45,919 nt of DNA from Gemmatimonadota bacterium (GTDB taxonomy: Bacteria > Gemmatimonadota > Gemmatimonadetes > Palauibacterales > Palauibacteraceae), in assembly GCA_046758745.1 (NCBI GenBank), contig JBHIAV010000019.1, positions 1 to 45,919 of the forward strand, in the 5' to 3' direction. Of the stretch, positions 39,722-45,919 are shown piece by piece. The notes below the pieces were generated by a model. The model worked only from the letters and a program-made list of their open reading frames with translations. It was not told where the DNA came from and searched no databases. The position numbers were made by a program, and so were the translations under genes. The first letter of the stretch is position 1. Every line of letters begins with the position of its first letter.

Positions 39722-40633
39722 GTGAAGCGGCTGCTCCGCCGACTCGCCTCCTTCTCCCCGATCCTGCTCATCGCGTGCGGGGCCTCCCCGGGCGACGCCG
39801 TCGAGCGGGGCGACCGGCTCTACGGGGCCGGGAGGGTGGAGGAGGCGATCGCCGAGTACAAGCTCGCGCTGCGCCAGCAGGGGGAAGAGCCGAGCCTCCT
39901 CCTCCGGATCGGGAGCGCGTACGCCGGCCAGGGGGAGGTGGATGCCAGCCTCGACTACTTCGGGCGCCTGCTCGAGGCCGACTCCGCGTACCGTTATCAG
40001 GTCGCGGCCGAGCTGGCCGAAGCGGCGAGGGTGGCACTCCGGAGTGGGGCTCGGGATAATATGGCACGGGCCCTCGAGCCGGTGCAGGCGATCGGCATCG
40101 GGATGATCCCGGAGGACCTGCGGCTGGAGCTTGCCCGCTACTACTCGGATCAGGACGATCACGCGCGGGCGCTGCCGCTCTACCTCTCCCTTGCGGATGG
40201 GGAGGATTCTCCGGTTCCTACCATCGCCATGTACGAGACGGCCCGCGCATTCCGCGCTCTCGGGGGATGTCGGGAGGCGCTGGAGTACTACGAGCGGGTC
40301 GTCGAGGCCGGGCCCGACCTGGACCCGGCGTCGAGGACGAGCGCCCGCTGGCAGTATGGAGACTGCCTGTACGCGGTCGCCGGCGAGGAGCGTACTGCCG
40401 GCCGCACGGAAGCTGCGAAGAGGAGGCTGGACCGGTTGATCGAGCTGGGAGTTCCGCAGACGCTGCTGGACCGGGCTCACTACCGGCGCGGAGAGCTCTT
40501 GCTGGAGTCGGGCGATGAAGAAGAGGCCCGGGCCGACTTCCAAGCGGTGCTGGATCTGAATCCGGCGCGCAGCGGTCAGCTCGTGCAGCAGGCGGAGGAC
40601 AGGATCCGTGAGATCCGCTACAGGTCGCCGTAG
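39722..40633 (+). CDS. TPR-repeat lipoprotein
   Basis: GTG 39722 gives MKRLLRRLASFSPILLIAC (lipobox); multiple TPR-like helical repeats; start uncertain (GTG 39680 alternative). Confidence 0.8.
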   Translation: MKRLLRRLASFSPILLIACGASPGDAVERGDRLYGAGRVEEAIAEYKLALRQQGEEPSLLLRIGSAYAGQGEVDASLDYFGRLLEADSAYRYQVAAELAEAARVALRSGARDNMARALEPVQAIGIGMIPEDLRLELARYYSDQDDHARALPLYLSLADGEDSPVPTIAMYETARAFRALGGCREALEYYERVVEAGPDLDPASRTSARWQYGDCLYAVAGEERTAGRTEAAKRRLDRLIELGVPQTLLDRAHYRRGELLLESGDEEEARADFQAVLDLNPARSGQLVQQAEDRIREIRYRSP

Positions 40634-41435
40634 AGCCATCGATGGGCCCGAACGATCGACGGCCCGGAGCGGGGCGGAGTGCGGCTGGTTCCGCCGGCCC
40701 GAATGGGCGGTGCTGGTAGTGCAGGCGGCGTGGCTCATCGGGTGCTCCGCCGCCCTCCCTCCAGCGGAGGCGACGCCGACCGGCCGCTTCGAATGGTCTC
40801 AGGAGCGGTTCGACAAGCGGAAGTACCCGGCGGCGATCCGCGGCTTCCGCGATTTCCTGTTCCGTGAGCCACTCCACCCGCTGGCGGACAGCGCCCGCTA
40901 CCTTCTCGGTGAGGCCTACCTGCGGAGCGGCCAGGAACTGCTGGCCGCCAACGAGTTCTCTCAGCTGGCTGTGTCGCGACCGAACAGTCCGTTGGCGGAT
41001 GATGCGCAGTTCGGCACGTGCCGGGCCCACTGGGAGCTTTCACCCAAGCTGCCCCTGGACCAGGAGAAGACGCGGCAGGCGATCGACGAGTGCACGCGGC
41101 TCCTGGAGTTCTTTCCGCGGAGCCCACACACCTCCGAGGCGAGGCGCATCCGGAGGGAGGCCCGCGCGAAGATGGCGGCCAAGCAGCTGCGGAACGCCCG
41201 CTGGTACTACAAGCGGGAGCTGTACGAGTCCGCGATCATCTACCTGGAGTTGATCGTCAGCCAATACCCGGAGGCGCCGAACCTCCCGGACGTGCTGGCG
41301 CTGCTTTACGACAGTTACACCCGGGTAGGCTTCCGGTCGGAGGCGGAGACAGTGCGGGCTCGGCTTCTGCGGGAGTTTCCGGACAGCGAGCAGGCACGCA
41401 AGCTCGCCGGGCCCGAACGCGCCGAGCGAAGCTGA
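40608..41435 (+). CDS. bamD: Outer membrane protein assembly factor BamD
   Basis: Lipobox LIGC; TPR pattern ..LADSARYLLGEAY..DQEKTRQAI..FPRS..ARWYYKRELYESAIIY; start uncertain. Confidence 0.85.
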   Translation: MRSATGRRRAIDGPERSTARSGAECGWFRRPEWAVLVVQAAWLIGCSAALPPAEATPTGRFEWSQERFDKRKYPAAIRGFRDFLFREPLHPLADSARYLLGEAYLRSGQELLAANEFSQLAVSRPNSPLADDAQFGTCRAHWELSPKLPLDQEKTRQAIDECTRLLEFFPRSPHTSEARRIRREARAKMAAKQLRNARWYYKRELYESAIIYLELIVSQYPEAPNLPDVLALLYDSYTRVGFRSEAETVRARLLREFPDSEQARKLAGPERAERS

Positions 41436-41438
41436 CCC

Positions 41439-42089
41439 ATGTACGGTCCACTGGGCATGTTCGGGGGGGCGTTCGATCCGCCGCATCTCGGGCACCTCAT
41501 CGTCGCCCGAGACGTGCTGGAGCGGCTCCGCCTCGACCGGCTGCTCATCGTGCCGACCGCCCGGCCACCCCACCGAGAGGTCATTCTTCCGGCGGAGGAC
41601 CGACTTCGGCTGGTCCGGAAGGCGTGCGCCGGCGAGCCCGGCTTCGAGGTGTGCGACGCCGAGTTCCATCGGTCTGGACCGTCGTACACCGTCGACACCC
41701 TGGCGTGGATCCGCGCAACGTACGCCCCGGCTGAGCTGTATTGCATCATCGGGGGCGATCAGTTCCGGCTCTTCTCAAGCTGGCACCGACACGATCGGAT
41801 CCTCCAGCTGGCGACCATGGTGGTGATGACCAGAGCGGGTGACGAGCCGCTGGGAAGCGAGGCTCGCATCCCTCACGTCGCCGTCGAAGTGACGCGCGTA
41901 GACCTATCGAGCACGCGCATCCGGGAGCGTCTCGTCCACGGGCGTTCGATCCGGTATCTGGTCCCCGACGCGATCCTCGGCGATGTGGAAGGCCTGTGGC
42001 GGAAGCGGGGGGTTCGCGAAGCGGCTCTCGCCGAGAGCGGCGCGAGAGAAGGAACGCAATCTGCGCCCGCATCGGGCGCCATCGAATAG
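41439..42089 (+). CDS. nadD: Nicotinate-nucleotide adenylyltransferase
   Basis: FGGAFDPPHLGH, SYTVDTL, IIGGD, SSTRIR. Confidence 0.95.
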   Translation: MYGPLGMFGGAFDPPHLGHLIVARDVLERLRLDRLLIVPTARPPHREVILPAEDRLRLVRKACAGEPGFEVCDAEFHRSGPSYTVDTLAWIRATYAPAELYCIIGGDQFRLFSSWHRHDRILQLATMVVMTRAGDEPLGSEARIPHVAVEVTRVDLSSTRIRERLVHGRSIRYLVPDAILGDVEGLWRKRGVREAALAESGAREGTQSAPASGAIE

Positions 42090-42097
42090 AGCGACGA

Positions 42098-45000
42098 ATG
42101 CTGAATCAGCTCATCAACCGCGTGATCGGGACCCGCTTCGAGCGGGAGATGAAGAAGCTCCAGCCGGTCGTCGACGCGATACGGCGCGAGGAGGAGCGTC
42201 TGGCGAGCTTCAGCGAGGCGGAGTTGCGGGCGCGGACCGACGGCTTTCGGGAGCGGATTCGGGAGCGCACCGAAGAGCTGGAGCACGAGATCGCTCGCCT
42301 GCGGGAAGAGCGGAAGCACTGTGAGGACCCGGCCGAAAGGGAAGACCTCACGCTCCGCATCGGCAATGCCGAGGAAGAGCTTCGCGAAGCGACCGAGGAG
42401 GCGCTGGAGGAGATCCTTCCCGCCGCGTTCGGCACCGTCCGCGAGGCGTGCCGCCGCCTGTTGGGGCGGGAGATCGTTGTGACCGGGAACCGGATGGAGT
42501 GGGACATGGTCCCATACGACGTGCAGCTCATCGGGGGCATCGTGCTGCACCGGGGAAACATCGCCGAGATGGCGACCGGTGAGGGGAAGACCCTGGTCGC
42601 GACGATGCCGCTGTACCTGAACGCTCTGTCGGGAAAGGGCGTCCACCTCGTCACCGTGAACGACTATCTGGCACGTCGGGATTCGCAGTGGATGGGAACG
42701 GTGTTCTCATATCTCGGCCTCACGGTCGGATGCATCGATGACACCCAACCCGGCTCGGACGAACGGCGCGCGGCGTATCGCTGCGACGTGACCTACGGGA
42801 CGAACAACGAGTTCGGCTTCGACTACCTGCGTGACAACATGGTCGTACGGCTGGAGGACCGCGTCCAGCAGGGGCACAGCTACGCGATCATCGACGAGGT
42901 CGATTCGGTTCTCATCGATGAGGCGCGCACTCCCCTGATCATCAGCGGGCCGGTTGGCCGGGGCGACGAGCAGGAGGTGTACCGGAGGTACAACGCGCAG
43001 GTGGCGAATCTGGCCCGGCGCCAGACCCACATGGTGAACGAGCTGGTGGCACAGGCCGAGAGGCTGCTTGCAGAGGCACAGGCGGAGGAGGACGGGGACA
43101 AGGAGTTCGAGGCGGGACGGCTGCTCCTGGCGGCACAGCGCGGGATCCCGAAGCACCGGCGGTTGATGAAGCAGCTGAACGAACCGGGCGTGAAGCAGCT
43201 CGTACAGCGGGTCGAAGCCGCTCTGATGAGGGACAAGGCGCTCCAGGAGGTCGATGAGCTCCTCCTCTATTCGATGGACGAGAAGGGCCACACGATCCAG
43301 ATAAGCGATCGCGGTCTCGACCTTCTCAGCCCGGGCGACCCGGAGGCTTTCATCGTTCCGGACATCTCCGAGGCCGTCAAGCAGGTGGAAGACGCCGAGG
43401 ATCTCACTCAGGATCAGAAACGGGAGCGCATCCAGGAGCTCGAGCGCGAGTACGCCGAGAAATCGGAGAAGATCCACGTCATTCACCAGCTCGTGAAGGC
43501 CCACTCCTTGTACGAGAAGGACGTGGAATACGTCATCGAGAACGGACAGGTCATCATCGTCGACCAGTTTACCGGCAGGAAGATGCCGGGGCGGCGGTGG
43601 AGCGACGGGCTTCACCAGGCCGTAGAGGCGAAGGAAGGGGTGACCGTGCAGGGTGAGACCCAGACCCTCGCCACCATTACGATCCAGAACTACTTCCGCA
43701 TGTACGACAAGCTGGCCGGGATGACGGGTACGGCGGAGACGGAAGAGGCGGAGTTCCATGAGATCTACGGCCTCGACGTCGTGGTCATCCCAACCAACCG
43801 GCCCGTGCGACGGATGGATCAGGTCGATGTGATCTACCGCACCAAGCGCGAGAAATACACCGCTCTCCTCGAAGAGATCGAGCGGCTCAACGGGCGCGGC
43901 CTTCCGATCCTGGTGGGGACGACGAGCGTCGATGTCTCCGAGACGATCTCCCGTATGCTGAAGCGGCGAGGGCTGGCGCACGAGGTCCTCAACGCGAAGC
44001 AACACGAGCGGGAGGCACAGATCGTGGCGGGCGCCGGTGAGCCCGGCGCGATCACGATCGCCACGAACATGGCAGGGCGTGGCACCGACATAAAACTCGG
44101 AGCCGGTGTGGTGAAGTGCGGGGTGTGCGGCATCCTGTCGAGCGAGCCGGCGTTCGGTCAGGTGGATGAGCAGCCCGACCTCGAACAGGACGATGTCAAG
44201 CGGCTCGGGTGCTACGTGGATCCGCCGTGCGGCCTGCAGATCCTGGGCACGGAGCGGCACGAGTCCCGACGCATCGACCGGCAGCTTCGGGGACGCGCCG
44301 GCCGTCAGGGCGACCCCGGGAACAGCCGTTTCTTCCTCTCCCTGGAGGACGACCTGATGCGGCTGTTCGGTTCCGACCGGATCGCCCGCGTGATGGACAA
44401 GATGGGGGCGGAGGAGGGGGAGGTGATCACCGGGAAGCTCATCACCCGGCAGATCGAGAACGCCCAGCGCCGGGTGGAGCTGCAGAACTTCGAGTCCCGG
44501 AAGCGCCTGCTGGAATACGATGACGTGATGAACCAACAGCGTGAGGTGATCTACGACCTTCGTCTGTTCGCTCTGGAGGGGGGCGAGGACCTGAAGGGAG
44601 AGACGTGGGAGATGATCGAGCGGTCGGTGCGCGACGATATCGAAGCGCACGTACCGACCGGCTCTCACCCGGAAGAATGGGACCTCGGCGGTCTCCGGCA
44701 GCGACTCCTCATCGATTACTTCCTGGTCGCGGGCTTCCTTCCGACGGACTCCGGCGCGCCCCCCGAAGAGTGGGAGGAAGCGGAGCAGGTGACCCAGGCG
44801 GTGATCGACTTCGCGCACGAGGCGTATCGGGAAAAGCTCTCAAGTTTCGGAGAGAACTGGGAGCGGATCCTGAGCTTCATCGTGCTGTCTGTCATCGACG
44901 AGAAGTGGAAGAGCCACCTGTACGATCTGGACCACCTGCGCGACACGATCCGCTACCGCGCCTACGGCCAGAAGGACCCGCTCATAGAGTACAAGAAGGA

Positions 45001-45355
45001 GGCGTACGAGCACTTCGTCGACCTCATTCGAGACCTCCGTCGAGGAGTCGCGAGCCTCCTCTTCCGGGCGCAGCTGGAGCCGCCCCCCCCGCTCCGCGTT
45101 CCGCGCGTCACCCGGGTCACCGGACCCACCGAGCCCGTCGGAGCCGGTGCGAAAGGTGGCTCTACGGCGCAGTACGCCGCCACCGGCGTCTCGGCAACGG
45201 CTCTCGCGGAGTCCGCCGTCGTCGCATCCGCACCCGGAGCGGGCGTGCTGAGACCGGAGAAGCCGCTCGAGGTGGGAAGCGAGCCCGGCCGCAACGACCC
45301 CTGCCCCTGCGGAAGCGGGAAGAAGTACAAGAAGTGCCACGGCCGGCTGTCGTAA
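42098..45355 (+). CDS. secA: Preprotein translocase ATPase SecA
   Basis: ATG 42098; EMATGEGKT, IIDEVDS, ATNMAGRGTDI, HESRRIDRQLRGR, C-terminal SEC-C GRNDPCPCGSGKKYKKCHG. Confidence 0.98.
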   Translation: MLNQLINRVIGTRFEREMKKLQPVVDAIRREEERLASFSEAELRARTDGFRERIRERTEELEHEIARLREERKHCEDPAEREDLTLRIGNAEEELREATEEALEEILPAAFGTVREACRRLLGREIVVTGNRMEWDMVPYDVQLIGGIVLHRGNIAEMATGEGKTLVATMPLYLNALSGKGVHLVTVNDYLARRDSQWMGTVFSYLGLTVGCIDDTQPGSDERRAAYRCDVTYGTNNEFGFDYLRDNMVVRLEDRVQQGHSYAIIDEVDSVLIDEARTPLIISGPVGRGDEQEVYRRYNAQVANLARRQTHMVNELVAQAERLLAEAQAEEDGDKEFEAGRLLLAAQRGIPKHRRLMKQLNEPGVKQLVQRVEAALMRDKALQEVDELLLYSMDEKGHTIQISDRGLDLLSPGDPEAFIVPDISEAVKQVEDAEDLTQDQKRERIQELEREYAEKSEKIHVIHQLVKAHSLYEKDVEYVIENGQVIIVDQFTGRKMPGRRWSDGLHQAVEAKEGVTVQGETQTLATITIQNYFRMYDKLAGMTGTAETEEAEFHEIYGLDVVVIPTNRPVRRMDQVDVIYRTKREKYTALLEEIERLNGRGLPILVGTTSVDVSETISRMLKRRGLAHEVLNAKQHEREAQIVAGAGEPGAITIATNMAGRGTDIKLGAGVVKCGVCGILSSEPAFGQVDEQPDLEQDDVKRLGCYVDPPCGLQILGTERHESRRIDRQLRGRAGRQGDPGNSRFFLSLEDDLMRLFGSDRIARVMDKMGAEEGEVITGKLITRQIENAQRRVELQNFESRKRLLEYDDVMNQQREVIYDLRLFALEGGEDLKGETWEMIERSVRDDIEAHVPTGSHPEEWDLGGLRQRLLIDYFLVAGFLPTDSGAPPEEWEEAEQVTQAVIDFAHEAYREKLSSFGENWERILSFIVLSVIDEKWKSHLYDLDHLRDTIRYRAYGQKDPLIEYKKEAYEHFVDLIRDLRRGVASLLFRAQLEPPPPLRVPRVTRVTGPTEPVGAGAKGGSTAQYAATGVSATALAESAVVASAPGAGVLRPEKPLEVGSEPGRNDPCPCGSGKKYKKCHGRLS

Positions 45356-45394
45356 GTACTGGCGTTGTAATGGCTTCTCTCCGCGCCGTCTCCC

Positions 45395-45416
45395 GGATTG
45401 TGCCGGGATTGTGCCG
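45395..45416. repeat. Perfect 11-bp tandem direct repeat (GGATTGTGCCG x2), candidate integrase arm-type sites
   Basis: 45395-45405 and 45406-45416 identical; lies between the secA stop and the integrase stop. Confidence 0.7.
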
Positions 45417-45437
45417 TTCCGGACCCGGTTCGGTGAT

Positions 45438-45919
45438 TCATCGGGCCTCCTGGAGCGGGACCGCGGTCCGTCCTTCGGTGGGCTCCGCCCGGTGGAGCCG
45501 CGCGAGTTTCTGCACCCCCTCGGCCATGACCACGGAGTCCGTGATCGCGTAGCGGCGGTAGATGGCCTCCGTCTTGTGCCCCGTGAGCTTCATGGCCACG
45601 GAGCGGGAGACACCGGCGCGCTCCAGGTTGCGGACGACGGTGCGCCGGAGGTCGTGGAACCAGGCGCCGGCGAGGCCGGCACGATCGCACGCCCCGTTCC
45701 AGGCCTTGCGCATGGACCGGATCGGCTCTCCGTCACGGTGGAACACCCAGGGGACGATCCGGCCGGTGCGGCGCTCAACCTCTCGGGTCCGTTCCTGCTG
45801 CTCAAGCAGGAGGGCCTCCAGCGGCGGGAGCGCCCGGAACGGGAAGGTCCGGCCCTCGGCATTCTTCGACCGGCTCGCCTCGAGGCGCATCTCGCCGGCG
45901 CCAAAGTCCACCCGGGCCC
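45438..45919 (-). CDS. Tyrosine recombinase/integrase, C-terminal catalytic part (truncated by window end)
   Basis: SKN (catalytic K), FHDLRRT (HxxR), TGHKT (H), IYRRY (catalytic Y); frame stays open to the window edge. Confidence 0.93.
   Translation of the reverse strand, partial: ARVDFGAGEMRLEASRSKNAEGRTFPFRALPPLEALLLEQQERTREVERRTGRIVPWVFHRDGEPIRSMRKAWNGACDRAGLAGAWFHDLRRTVVRNLERAGVSRSVAMKLTGHKTEAIYRRYAITDSVVMAEGVQKLARLHRAEPTEGRTAVPLQEAR

Larger units (their letters stand above)
45356..45919. mobile_element. Edge of a putative integrative element/prophage next to secA
   Basis: Convergent phage-type integrase 82 bp from the secA stop plus tandem repeat; the other end is not in the window. 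Confidence 0.6.

Noticed and set aside
17521-42097. Extended N-termini in the ORF track for rplC, rplW, rplE, secY, map, SDR, ugd, GT2, TPR and secA suggesting fusions
   Set aside because: Artefacts of first-start calling; conserved N-termini begin at downstream starts

Overview
High-GC bacterial core-genome window, probably Gemmatimonadota. This is inferred from the RpoA N-terminal '[15 protein letters not shown]' signature, the large RpoB C-terminal insert and the FCB-type SecA inserts; no search was run. Bases 1-33.6 kb are one co-oriented (+) transcription/translation supercluster: 3' end of a first tuf copy, rpmG-secE-nusG-rplKAJL-rpoBC, str (rpsL-rpsG-fusA-tuf), S10, spc, secY-adk-map-infA-rpmJ, alpha operon, a membrane-anchored hypothetical and rpmB. 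From 33.7 to 45.4 kb is a tightly packed mixed operon: hemD-hemB, three nucleotide-sugar enzymes, a GT2, a TPR lipoprotein, bamD, nadD and secA. The window ends in the C-terminal half of a convergent tyrosine integrase. Most notable: (1) an integrative element that may target the 3' end of secA, with a perfect 11-bp tandem repeat resembling arm sites; (2) an almost total loss of C-ending codons in the 5' 85% of the second tuf copy, with a sharp boundary; (3) an extra 4-Cys motif in the SecA VAR region; (4) a basic insertion in uL23; (5) no tRNA-Trp in its usual slot, where a three-way-junction structure sits instead; (6) an attenuator-like rpsL leader and a probably leaderless hemD.
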